The notes under the pieces were generated by a model. That model searched no databases. It was not told where the DNA came from and was given only the letters and a program-made list of their open reading frames with translations. From assembly GCA_965203175.1 (NCBI GenBank), contig OZ241867.1, forward strand, positions 1,376,001 to 1,440,000: 64,000 bases of DNA. Reading direction: 5' to 3'. The stretch is from Candidatus Latescibacterota bacterium. GTDB lineage: Bacteria; Latescibacterota; UBA2968; UBA8231. Below, in pieces: positions 48,263 through 57,365 of the stretch. The position numbers and the translations under genes were made by a program. The first letter of the stretch is position 1; each line of letters begins with the position of its first letter.

Positions 48263-48543
48263 TCTCTGACAAAAATGATTTTCTTGCTAAGTGCGATCGC
48301 CATGCCCAACTCGACCCACATACCGCCCGTTGACGATACTCCGTCCAATAGAATCAAAGCATCTGCGTCTCTTAAGTCATTGTAGTCATTGCGAGCACAT
48401 AGGTCTAGCTCTTTACCATAGTTCAGACCAAGGACCCAACGTGCGTTGCAAGTCCAGCCGCTTAGTCTCTCAATCTCGCGTACCTTGTCCAGACTCCCCT
48501 CGCGGGTATTATAGGGTGCAGCTACGTAGAATTTTCCGCTCAT
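48263..48543 (-). pseudogene. Nucleoside 2-deoxyribosyltransferase-like gene, 5' part (split by IS and inversion)
   Basis: FYVAAPY, DYNDLRDADAL, GGMWVELGMAIAL; continues in frame at 53688+. Confidence 0.75.
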
Positions 48544-48567
48544 ATCATATACTCTTTCTTTAGTCCT

Positions 48568-49014
48568 TTGGCTTCGTTGAAGTCTGATCCTATCGCATTC
48601 AGTTGAAGGCATCCAGAGCTTGTGAACTTTCAGGGTAACACTCTTCGAGAAATGCTCTAACAATCGCTGGATTTTTTGACGAATCCCATCCGCGCCTCTC
48701 CTTGTCAGCTTCCGGTTCAATGTCTGCGATGAGCAAATCCTCAACAAACGGCTTTGACGAAGCAATTACCGCTCCATTGGGATCAATGATATTGTTGATC
48801 CGTAGGAAACGAACTCGTCTTGGTGTCCCGCGACGTCAGCCGCTATCACGGTCAAGCCATTCTCGACTGCCCGTGCGATCTGAGCGCTCCAGTCGAGTAC
48901 CTCGGTATAGCCCTCCCGGATAGGGTCATCAGACCTAAGCACATCCCGAGCGTACGTGGCCGCATTCTCGTCGTGATTGTAGATATCTACGTGACTACCT
49001 CTCATCTCCGTCAT
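48568..49014 (-). pseudogene. Chimera: methyltransferase-like 5' fragment fused to a frameshifted 3' copy of a carbon-nitrogen hydrolase
   Basis: 48568-48890 is a ~323-bp diverged direct repeat of 51941-52264; upstream part encodes YNHDENAATYARDV...REGY. Confidence 0.7.
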
Positions 49015-49031
49015 CCTTCTAACAGCATTTA

Positions 49032-49868
49032 CTAATCCGAACTAACAACAACCGAAATAGTTGGAACCAATGTCTTTTGTATTGCTTCCCACATCTCTTT
49101 ATTTGCAGCGCATAATAATCCTTTGCGGGAATCCAGCGGAGAGTATTCAGTTCCATCGAATCTGCGCACGAAACCTCCTGCCTCTTCTGCAATCAAGATT
49201 CCAGGAGCGTGATCCCACACCAACGTGCGGTAGTAAAACAGAAATTGCATTTCGTTTTTCGCAAAGGCGTTGTAATCATAGCCAGCGCATTTGGTTTTTT
49301 CTATACGTAGAAAGCAATTAGATGCTGCTTCGGCAGCGGGTCTTAAGGAGTCCGGCAAAAACCCCGTCAGCAATGCTCCGCGTAAATTAGACAAGGTCTG
49401 AAACGCAAATTCAACTTTTAGTCTTGTATCTCCTTCAAAAGCCCCACTCCCTTTTTCCGCGCTCGTCAACGTTCCGTCTAGCGGATTAAGTATCCATGCC
49501 CCGAGCGTGACACTGCAATAAATGAGGCAAACCATTATAGCAATAGGAGGTTTTCCCGAAACAAAATTTCCGGTTCCATCCAGAGGATCGATAATCCAGA
49601 CAGGTGCGTTTGAGCGTAGTGCTGACAGCAAACTCGGATTCGCGTGTACGCTCTCCTCACCTAGGACTAACGAACCCTCTATCAACTTGGGTAGATGGTC
49701 CATTAAGAATGACTCGCAGCTTCTATCCGCTATAGTGACGATTTCATCGGGAGTCTTTTCTGCGACATCACCCTGTCTGAGATTTTGCCAGAGAGGCATG
49801 ATTTTTTGCTCGGACGCTTCGCGAAGAAGTGTCTCGACTTGCCTATGAGGGATTTCCATGAAACGCAA
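49032..49868 (-). CDS. Inositol monophosphatase family protein
   Basis: VTIAD, GEES, WIIDPLDGTGNF, WDHAPG..IAEEAGG. Confidence 0.92.
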   Translation of the reverse strand: MRFMEIPHRQVETLLREASEQKIMPLWQNLRQGDVAEKTPDEIVTIADRSCESFLMDHLPKLIEGSLVLGEESVHANPSLLSALRSNAPVWIIDPLDGTGNFVSGKPPIAIMVCLIYCSVTLGAWILNPLDGTLTSAEKGSGAFEGDTRLKVEFAFQTLSNLRGALLTGFLPDSLRPAAEAASNCFLRIEKTKCAGYDYNAFAKNEMQFLFYYRTLVWDHAPGILIAEEAGGFVRRFDGTEYSPLDSRKGLLCAANKEMWEAIQKTLVPTISVVVSSD

Positions 49869-50348
49869 TTATTCCGCTTTGCTCCAGAACGCATCCAATA
49901 CCGTACGGACGCTAGACGCGACTTCGTAGTGGCCGATGTCGTGCATACTTACCCAAACATGTGCGTCATGTTCCGTGAGTTGAATTGGGCTTGCGCGGCA
50001 CACGTTCACTTCGAAGTTAAACTGGCGTGTTCGAGTGCCGCTTTTAGACTCGTAATCGAAGTTGGACAAATGGCGACGAATCCCGACTATATCAAGACCT
50101 GTTTCCTCAAGAACTTCACGTCTAAGGGCACTTTCAAGCGGTTCACCGTCTTCGACCTGACCGCTCGGTAGCTCGTAAATACCGCCTATAAAGTCGTCGA
50201 TCTTACGGCGGAGCAGGAGGACAGTGCCTTCTTTGAGAATAACCGCGCCTACGACATAGCGAAAGATGCCCTCCGATTTGGCCTCTGCAAGAAACTCATG
50301 AGCACTCTTATAGTTGATCTTAGGCGGCTTTGTTACATGAATATCCAT
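49869..50348 (-). CDS. NUDIX hydrolase
   Basis: PSGQVEDGEPLESALRREVLEETGL Nudix box. Confidence 0.92.
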   Translation of the reverse strand: MDIHVTKPPKINYKSAHEFLAEAKSEGIFRYVVGAVILKEGTVLLLRRKIDDFIGGIYELPSGQVEDGEPLESALRREVLEETGLDIVGIRRHLSNFDYESKSGTRTRQFNFEVNVCRASPIQLTEHDAHVWVSMHDIGHYEVASSVRTVLDAFWSKAE

Positions 50349-50403
50349 AAGTCGTTTTTTTTACAGCAAGTTAGCGTTTTGGTGTCAAATTTCGTAAACT
50401 ATT

Positions 50404-50478
50404 TTGGGTCCGTAAACAGCTCAATGCTTCCATTGAGCCATTCTCGAGCAGTGGTGCCTGATAGGCAGCAATCTTCAT
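50404..50478 (-). pseudogene. 5' fragment of a carbon-nitrogen hydrolase
   Basis: MKIAAYQAPLLENGSMEAL..., a nitrilase-family N-terminus that is then truncated. Confidence 0.55.
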
Positions 50479-50538
50479 GCGATCAATCCAATCCCAGTTC
50501 ATCAGGACAATCCGAGCATAGTCCGTCCAGTTAGAAGC

Positions 50539-51354
50539 TCAGCACGAGTAGGGCCCCAACATCTTCTCCAGTAGTTGAACCCTCGCTGGTAGCCCACCCC
50601 AGCGGGGTGACGGTCGCTGAAGATCCACAGCAAGCCGGAAGACGTGCGTTCCGGGGTGCGAAGTTGTTCTATGGAGAAGCGTCCTACCCTCAGGATCCGA
50701 TGCTAAGACTGCAATCTGCTCAGACTGCGTTTGTGCGTCGATACGAAAAGCGGCGATGACGTGGGCATTGCAGTCCATTGCCCTTGCTGCCTGCAAGATT
50801 TTCAGCTTGCTGCTCATGGACGCCGCAAAGGAATCGGTTGGAGAAAGGATCAGGTCAATCGACTCCAAGGCCGCAGCTATGCTTGGCTCGGGAAGTAGGA
50901 AGTCAGCGCAGGCTAAGATCGCTACTTTGGTTCCGTCTAGGTCTATGGGTGTGAGGGTTTGGCCTGATTTGAAAGGACCTGCCTTAGTTGGGTTCTGGGG
51001 AATTAGCTTCCTCTGGCTTCCCGCGTACCCATCCGGAGTCGCAATGAAATGCGTTAGGAACATACCGTCTGTTGAGGTCTCAACTAGTCCAGCACAGATG
51101 GCTGTTCGGTATCTCTTCGCCAAGGCACAGACTTCCCCCACATGGGATCCATCGGGAACTGTTTCTCCGAGATCGACAAGATCGGTTTTAGATATTACAC
51201 CGCCGGAGATGTTCAACTCCGGAAAGACGTATATGTCTGTCTCAGAGGTTTCTCCATTAGCGAGGACCTCCTCCATCAACGCTAGGTTCTTGTCCGAATC
51301 GCCTGTGGAGCAATTGTGAGCCACTACGGCGATGGTTGTCGTTTTTGTCTTCAT
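50539..51354 (-). CDS. Carbon-nitrogen hydrolase (nitrilase family)
   Basis: E-K-C triad: VFPEL, QRKL, LACADF; start MKTKTT. Confidence 0.88.
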   Translation of the reverse strand: MKTKTTTIAVVAHNCSTGDSDKNLALMEEVLANGETSETDIYVFPELNISGGVISKTDLVDLGETVPDGSHVGEVCALAKRYRTAICAGLVETSTDGMFLTHFIATPDGYAGSQRKLIPQNPTKAGPFKSGQTLTPIDLDGTKVAILACADFLLPEPSIAAALESIDLILSPTDSFAASMSSKLKILQAARAMDCNAHVIAAFRIDAQTQSEQIAVLASDPEGRTLLHRTTSHPGTHVFRLAVDLQRPSPRWGGLPARVQLLEKMLGPYSC

Positions 51355-51415
51355 AATCTCCGAGACTGAGGATGGTGTGCAACGTTTCAGTGCCCCAAAC
51401 CACGCAGCGGTTAGG

Positions 51416-51863
51416 CTAGGACGCCGGCCATGCCAAGTCAACTGCGAATGCCCCCATCGCAGTGAGTGGCAGCGACCGGGCTTGATTCTCGGTGCACCAC
51501 TCGCAACGATCCGTCGATCCGTCTTGCTCGAATCTGAGATCGAGGAAGCTAACAGTAACATTGTAGATGATACCGACGTGGTGAACCGAGTCGTACGGAC
51601 GCTCCACACTTTTGGGATAAGTGTGTGAATATACCTCAGTGACTCTAATCGCCTCAACGTCAGCGATGCCCGTTTCTTCTTCCAATTCTCGGAGCAGAGC
51701 AGCCTGTGGATGCTCTCCCCACTCAATCCCGCCACCTGGCATAGTCCACCTCCCTTGGTCCAGTCCGATAGCCATGCGAACCAAGAGAAGCCGGCCTGAC
51801 GGATCACGGCAAAACCCATAGGTACCCTATATAAACGCGCGGAGTATCGGAGGCTGAAGACAT
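51416..51863 (-). pseudogene. NUDIX hydrolase, frameshifted paralogue of 55359-55805
   Basis: 448 bp versus 447 bp; extra G in tataggg near 51825; GGGIEWGEHP...RELEEETG. Confidence 0.8.
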
Positions 51864-51971
51864 TCTGCTCGCTTTTCTTGAAGGAATACGGACTTTGTGG
51901 TAAATCAAAGACTCTGCCTGGGTTGGTGAAGCCACATGGCTTGGCTTCGTTGAAGTCTGATCCTATCGCAT

Positions 51972-52527
51972 TCAGTCGAAGGCATTTAGAGCTTGTGAAC
52001 TTTCAGGGTAACACTGTTCGAGAAAGGCTCTGACAATCGCTGGATTCTTTGACGAGTCCCATCCGCGTCTTTCTTGGTCAGCTTCTGGTTCAATGTCGGC
52101 GATGAGCAAATCCTCAACAAACGGCTTTGACGAAGCAAGCACCACTCCGTTGGGATCAATGATGTTTGTTGATCCGTAGGAAGCGAATCCATCTTGATGC
52201 CCCGCGACGTCAGCCGCTATCACGGTCAAGCCATTCTCGACCGCCCGGGCGATCTGAGCGCTCCTAGCCCTAGCTACTACATCGGCCTTGTTAAGCGGCA
52301 AGCAGTTGTTCGTGGGAACGAAAAGAACAGTCGCCCCTTTGGCTGCCATGACTCGGGACGGCTCGATATAATTGGTGTCATTGCAGATGATGATGCCAAA
52401 TGTCAACGATCCAAGCGTAAAGGTTGGCAGTTCGTCACCTGCATTATAGATCGAGTTGCGAATCGCTGGATACGCTTTTCGATATCGACCGAATACCTTA
52501 CCGCGGTGAAAAATAATAGCTGTATTG
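51972..52527 (-). pseudogene. Carbon-nitrogen hydrolase, 5'-truncated by IS
   Basis: Reads NTAIIFHRGKVFGRYRK...IICND...IARAVENG directly from the IS end; N-terminal catalytic Glu region missing. Confidence 0.8.
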
Positions 52528-53687
52528 GGCGTTGTTGCATGAAAGCTGTGTTCGGGTCTTGAAATGAGTCAGGCTCTTCGGTTAGATTGGTTCGTGGTTT
52601 CCAGCAAGAAACACGTTCCTTTCTTCCCAAAGAGCCTGTGATGAGCAAAGTATCTGGCAGTTCGCCCTCGGTCAAGTCGCAACCGGTGTATCGGGTTAAG
52701 AATTGGTCGTCGTATAATCGGGCGTTGGTGGCTCGTGGTAGCCTGACGGTGTGGCTGGACGATGGTCTGTGGAAGCAATGGTATGCTCAGGGGCCATCGC
52801 AACGGGGTGCTCAGTTTGTCTATTCGGATCCAGCGATTGAATGGATGTTGACGATGCGGGTGTTGCTTGGGTTGCCGTTGCGCCAGACGCAGGGGTTTAT
52901 CCAATCGCTGTTGGACTTGATGGGGTTGGCCTTGGCCGTGCCGGACTACTCGACCTTGTCGCGTCGCCAAGGGGCCTTGGCGGTGGAGTTGCCGAAAAAG
53001 CAGCCCGATAGCCCGGCTAGCCCGATGCACTTGGTAGTGGATTCGACGGGTTTGAAAGTCTATGGCGAGGGCGAGAGGAAAGTCCGTCAACACGGCTGGA
53101 CCAAACGGCGCACGTGGCGCAAACTGCATGTGGGGGTCAACGAGGCCACCGGCGAGGTGGTCGCGCAGACGTTGACGTCCCATCGGATCGATGATGCCTC
53201 GCAGGTGGCCCCTCTGTTGACCCAAGTCGACGAGGCGGTGGAGGCGGTAGGCGGCGATGGGGCCTATGACAAACAGAAGGTGTTCGACGCCTTGGCCACG
53301 CGGAGTGATCCCTCGATTCGGCCGATCATCGCACTGCGCAAAGACGCTACAATCCATCAGCATGGTAATTGTAAGGTCCCCCCGTTGGCGCGCGATGAAA
53401 TCCTGCGGGCCATACGACGAAAGGGACGCAAGGAGTGGAAACAGGCCAGTGGCTATCATCGACGCTCGTTGGCCGAAACGCAAATCTATCGCTATAAGCA
53501 CCTCATCGGCGACAAGCTGAAGGCGCGTAGCTGGATCAACCAACAGGTCGAAAGTCGCCTCGGCTGTGCCCTCCTCAATCGAATGATCCATGTGGGCAAA
53601 CCCCAGTCGTATCGAGTAGAAAAAATCAACTGAACAAAAAACAACATTCGACAATGATGCCCCAGATATGATTCATGCAACAACGCC
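52528..53687 (+). mobile_element. IS5-family (IS903-group) element, copy 2, 1160 bp
   Basis: Same terminal inverted repeats and identical translated transposase. Confidence 0.95.
52587..53633 (+). CDS. IS5-family DDE transposase
   Basis: Protein identical to 47157-48203. Confidence 0.95.
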   Translation: MVRGFQQETRSFLPKEPVMSKVSGSSPSVKSQPVYRVKNWSSYNRALVARGSLTVWLDDGLWKQWYAQGPSQRGAQFVYSDPAIEWMLTMRVLLGLPLRQTQGFIQSLLDLMGLALAVPDYSTLSRRQGALAVELPKKQPDSPASPMHLVVDSTGLKVYGEGERKVRQHGWTKRRTWRKLHVGVNEATGEVVAQTLTSHRIDDASQVAPLLTQVDEAVEAVGGDGAYDKQKVFDALATRSDPSIRPIIALRKDATIHQHGNCKVPPLARDEILRAIRRKGRKEWKQASGYHRRSLAETQIYRYKHLIGDKLKARSWINQQVESRLGCALLNRMIHVGKPQSYRVEKIN

Positions 53688-53832
53688 TGTCAGAGACAAC
53701 ACGAATCTTCTGACTAAACCGCCGGTGTTCTGCTCTCTGCCAGAAGTGATATGGGTTAGAAACCATCAGACTGTCGCTGGGCATCTGCGGCGACGCGCCT
53801 TTCGCGACGCTGAGCTTGGAGGGCCTGCTTAA
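53688..53832 (+). pseudogene. Nucleoside 2-deoxyribosyltransferase-like gene, 3' part
   Basis: VRDNTNLLTKPPVFCSLPEVIWV...PA* continues ...KKIIFVR from 48263 across the duplicated tgtcagaga. Confidence 0.7.
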
Positions 53833-53976
53833 TTCCGGATTCGGTCTCACAAGCGGCTCAAATAGCCTAAGAACGAGACGTCTCTCCTCGGAAATTATCC
53901 AAACCAACTGTTCGGGTACAAGCAGTTATGCGCTATGCCAAATTATGATGACATATTCTGAAATAGAGGAAGTACT

Positions 53977-54432
53977 ATGCCATCGAATGCTCCGACATAT
54001 GAAGGAAACTGTCTCTGCGGTCATGTAAGAATACAGGTGGAAGGTTCGCCTATTAAAGCTGGGTATTGCCATTGTAAGACATGCCGAACATGGCACGCGG
54101 CACCCATTAATGCTTACTCAGTGTGGCCGAACGAAGCCGTTCGCATTACGCAAGGTGAAGATTTGATTGCGAACTATCAGAGTAGAAATAGTAATCGACA
54201 TTGGTGTCGGCACTGTGGATCGGGTTTGATGAACCGTATAAGGAACGAGAGGACGGTAGTGTATGCTATGGTACTGGCCGAATCGGGCTATGTCCATGAA
54301 GCAGACTGCCATATCAACTGCGCTGAAGCCGTGTTGGATCTGCAGGACGGGATTCCCAAATATGTGGGGGAGCCGGATTCCGAGCCCATGGAAGAACCGC
54401 TACAGACCCGGATGCGACCCTCCACTGCCTAA
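53977..54432 (+). CDS. GFA/CENP-V family Zn-binding protein
   Basis: GNCLCG, CHCKTCR, RHWCRHCGS. Confidence 0.92.
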   Translation: MPSNAPTYEGNCLCGHVRIQVEGSPIKAGYCHCKTCRTWHAAPINAYSVWPNEAVRITQGEDLIANYQSRNSNRHWCRHCGSGLMNRIRNERTVVYAMVLAESGYVHEADCHINCAEAVLDLQDGIPKYVGEPDSEPMEEPLQTRMRPSTA

Positions 54433-54544
54433 GTTAGGAGGACCTGGGCTGCTCTGAGTGGGCGTAGCCGTAATGGGCAGGATGTCTACAACGACGTAAA
54501 TCTTGGTAAAAAATGAAGCGATGTGCTGATAACAAGCACGGGGA

Positions 54545-55138
54545 GTGTCTGAACGAGGTACTCGGAAGGACCGTAGACAGGAGAAAATAGTCTTGCGGCG
54601 GGCAATTTTGGAGGATGTCAGGAAGATCGAACCACTTGACGACTTGGAAGCGGAACACCAGCGCGATGCCATCGAATGGATTGAGAGTGGAGCGGAGCTA
54701 TGCCGCCAAGTGAAGCCAGCAACACCTCCCAAGCATCTCGTATCCTATTTTGTGCTTACGGACGACGACCACTTCCTTCTCGTAGAACACAGAAACGCCG
54801 GCCTCTGGTTGCCGACAGGTGGACACGTTGAGTCCGATGAGCGTCCCAGTGAAACTGCAAGAAGGGAGGCGAAAGAGGAATTGGGGATCGAACCCCGACT
54901 TTTCTCAGAGAAGCCGCTATTCATCACCTCAACGAAAACTGTTGGAAGGACAGAAAGACACACTGACATCTCCCTTTGGTATGTCGTGGTTCACCCGCGG
55001 ACGGAGGAACTTCATTTCGACCAGACGGAATTTAAATCGATTAGATGGTTTCACAGGGACGAACTGCCGCTAGATCGGTGCGATCCGCACATGGGTAGAT
55101 TCGTCCAGAAGCTAGGGAGTCTCGCCAACCGCAGGTAA
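54545..55138 (+). CDS. NUDIX hydrolase
   Basis: PPKHLVSYF, WLPTGGHVESDERPSETARREAKEELG; start uncertain. Confidence 0.88.
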   Translation: MSERGTRKDRRQEKIVLRRAILEDVRKIEPLDDLEAEHQRDAIEWIESGAELCRQVKPATPPKHLVSYFVLTDDDHFLLVEHRNAGLWLPTGGHVESDERPSETARREAKEELGIEPRLFSEKPLFITSTKTVGRTERHTDISLWYVVVHPRTEELHFDQTEFKSIRWFHRDELPLDRCDPHMGRFVQKLGSLANRR

Positions 55139-55202
55139 CACGTCGGTGCATGGCCCAGCTCTGACGGGCTTCGCAAGTTCATGCACCGCGAGAACGTTAG
55201 AG
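55133..55202 (+). other. attC-like imperfect palindrome
   Basis: ggtaac acgtc ggtgcatg...catgcacc gcgagaac gttagag between a stop codon and the next ATG. Confidence 0.4.
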
Positions 55203-55203
55203 G

Positions 55204-55337
55204 ATGATGTTGACAACCACGATGCTTCCACCGCAGGCAAGAACGGCCTTCCACCTGCTCGAACAATTTGAGCGACCTTGGTTTGTTGCAGGTGGCTGGG
55301 CACTAGACCTGTTCTTGGGGCAAATTACACGCGATTT
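55204..55337 (+). pseudogene. 5' fragment of an AadB/ANT(2'')-like nucleotidyltransferase
   Basis: PWFVAGGWALDLFLGQITR, then truncated. Confidence 0.65.
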
Positions 55338-55358
55338 CCTTCAAGAAAGGCGAGCAGA

Positions 55359-55805
55359 ATGTCTTCAGCCTCCGATACTCCACGCGTTTATATAGGTGCC
55401 TATGGATTTTGCCGTGATCCGTCAGGCCGGCTTCTCTTGGTTCGCATGGCTAGCGGACTGGACCAAGGAAGATGGACTATGCCAGGCGGCGGGATTGAGT
55501 GGGGAGAGCATCCAAAGGCTACCCTGCTCCGCGAATTGGAAGAGGAAACGGGCATCGCTGACGTTGAGGCGATTGGAGTCGCAGAGGTGTATTCACACAC
55601 GTACACCAGAAGTGTGGAGCGTCCGTACGACTCGGTTCACCACGTCGGTATCATCTACAATGTTACAGTTGGCTTCCTCGACCTCAGATCCGAGCAAGAC
55701 GGCTCGACGGATCGTTGCGAGTGGTGTACCGAGGATCAAGCCCGGTCGCTGCCACTGACTGCGGTGGGAGCATTCGCAGTTGACCTAGTGTGGCCGGCGT
55801 CTTAG
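55359..55805 (+). CDS. NUDIX hydrolase
   Basis: WTMPGGGIEWGEHP..TLLRELEEETG. Confidence 0.9.
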   Translation: MSSASDTPRVYIGAYGFCRDPSGRLLLVRMASGLDQGRWTMPGGGIEWGEHPKATLLRELEEETGIADVEAIGVAEVYSHTYTRSVERPYDSVHHVGIIYNVTVGFLDLRSEQDGSTDRCEWCTEDQARSLPLTAVGAFAVDLVWPAS

Positions 55806-55931
55806 CCACGCGTTCTGTTGGTGAAGTGGAGACACCGCCCAACATGTAGAGCCCGGCTGCCGCGCTCGCGCGCCTCTAACCCGACCTAGCTTCACCACAA
55901 ACTTTGACCGCCCACGACGATCGGAGGATCA

Positions 55932-57335
55932 ATGAAACGTACATCAATAGCATCTTTTCGTCCGCAGACTTGGCAATTGTCCCTCCACATAGTATTGGCT
56001 CTGCTCTGCCTGCGGACCGCCCCTGCCTTCTCGGCCATCGATACCCTCGTCGTCCTGCACACCAACGACTTTCACGGCTACATCTCGTCCGACGGCGACC
56101 GAGCCGCCGGACTGGCTCGCATTGCCACGTACTTCAACAGCGAACGCGCCCAGAGCTCGAAGGTGCTGGCCCTAGATGCTGGAGACTGCGTATCCGGCAC
56201 GCCCGTCTCAATCCTCTTTCAAGGGCGACCGATTTTTGAGGCAATGACAGCCGTCGGCTACGACGCCGTCACGCTCGGCAACCACGAATTTGACTATGGC
56301 TGGCGCGAGATCCTCGCCTACCGCGATATCGCCGACTTTCCCCTGCTGAGCGCAAACGCACGCGACCCTGCCGGCGAACTAATCGCCGACGCGCCTTTCG
56401 CAACGCTGAGTTTAGATGACTTGCGCGTCGGCATCATCGGCGTCACGACGGAGAAAACCAGAGACATTACCACGACGAAGGGCAACGAAGGAGTGACGTT
56501 CGACGGGGAAATCGCGTCCGTCCGTGCGGCCATTGACTCGATCAAAGCCCACGTCGATATCGTCATCCTCCTGTCCCATGCCGGTCACGTTGCCGACAGT
56601 ACTTTGGCCGAATCGGTGGACGGCATCGATCTCATTGTCAGCGGTCACAACCACACAGTCCTCAGTCCTCCTCAGATCGTGCGAGACACCCCAATCGTCC
56701 GCGCCGGTGCTTATACATCGCACGTCGGCCGCGTCCAACTGCTCTACGACCATGAGGCGGAACAGGTGACAAAAGTCGAGGGGTTTGTCGTGCCCGCCGC
56801 TGACGATCGAGTTCAACAGCCAGACCTCAAGGTAGCCGCCATCGTAGCAAAATGGGAAGATCGCGTCTCCCAATTGGTCGACGTCACCATCGGACACACC
56901 GAGCGAGACTGGAGTGAGGAGGAGATGTACATGCTCGTAGAGCACATCTTGGCGACCCGGTCCGGCTCGGACATCGGCTTCTACAACAAAGGAGGCGTGC
57001 GGAATCGCTTGTATCAGGGCAACATTACGGCCCGTCACATCTGGAACATCCACCCCTTCGGCAATCAACTCGCCATCGTGCAGATTCGCGGGAAGGACAT
57101 CGGCGGCAAACTGTTGGAGCGGCTAACCGCTGCGGGCACGGCGCTTGATCCCAACCGTCTCTATACGGTGGCGACGAGCTCCTTTGTCGTCGAGCCGCCT
57201 CGGCGCGAGTCATTGATCGGGACGGCCAAGTCGGTGTGGCTTGAAGAGGATTTGATCCGCGACGTAGTTATCAACTACATCAAACAGGGCGGTCCCATCG
57301 ACGCGCTGTTGCCGCCGACTACAACGGAGGAGTGA
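55932..57335 (+). CDS. Bifunctional metallophosphatase/5'-nucleotidase
   Basis: Signal peptide; HTNDFHG, DAGD, GNHEFD, LSHAG, SGHNH, NKGGVR, PFGN. Confidence 0.93.
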   Translation: MKRTSIASFRPQTWQLSLHIVLALLCLRTAPAFSAIDTLVVLHTNDFHGYISSDGDRAAGLARIATYFNSERAQSSKVLALDAGDCVSGTPVSILFQGRPIFEAMTAVGYDAVTLGNHEFDYGWREILAYRDIADFPLLSANARDPAGELIADAPFATLSLDDLRVGIIGVTTEKTRDITTTKGNEGVTFDGEIASVRAAIDSIKAHVDIVILLSHAGHVADSTLAESVDGIDLIVSGHNHTVLSPPQIVRDTPIVRAGAYTSHVGRVQLLYDHEAEQVTKVEGFVVPAADDRVQQPDLKVAAIVAKWEDRVSQLVDVTIGHTERDWSEEEMYMLVEHILATRSGSDIGFYNKGGVRNRLYQGNITARHIWNIHPFGNQLAIVQIRGKDIGGKLLERLTAAGTALDPNRLYTVATSSFVVEPPRRESLIGTAKSVWLEEDLIRDVVINYIKQGGPIDALLPPTTTEE

Positions 57336-57365
57336 TCTTCTACGGGGTCAGTATCTTGCAGAAGC

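Noticed and set aside
50539-51819. 426-aa ORF as one long nitrilase
   Set aside because: The first 155 codons are an alternative frame over the NUDIX pseudogene; nitrilase similarity begins at 51354.
47103-53687. Composite transposon that moved as a unit
   Set aside because: The outer flanks (gttaatatt versus tgtcagaga) are not a direct repeat; the TSD arrangement and split gene indicate an in-place inversion.
55204-55395. Functional aminoglycoside resistance gene
   Set aside because: Only about 44 N-terminal codons resemble the nucleotidyltransferase family; the DxD region and the rest are missing.
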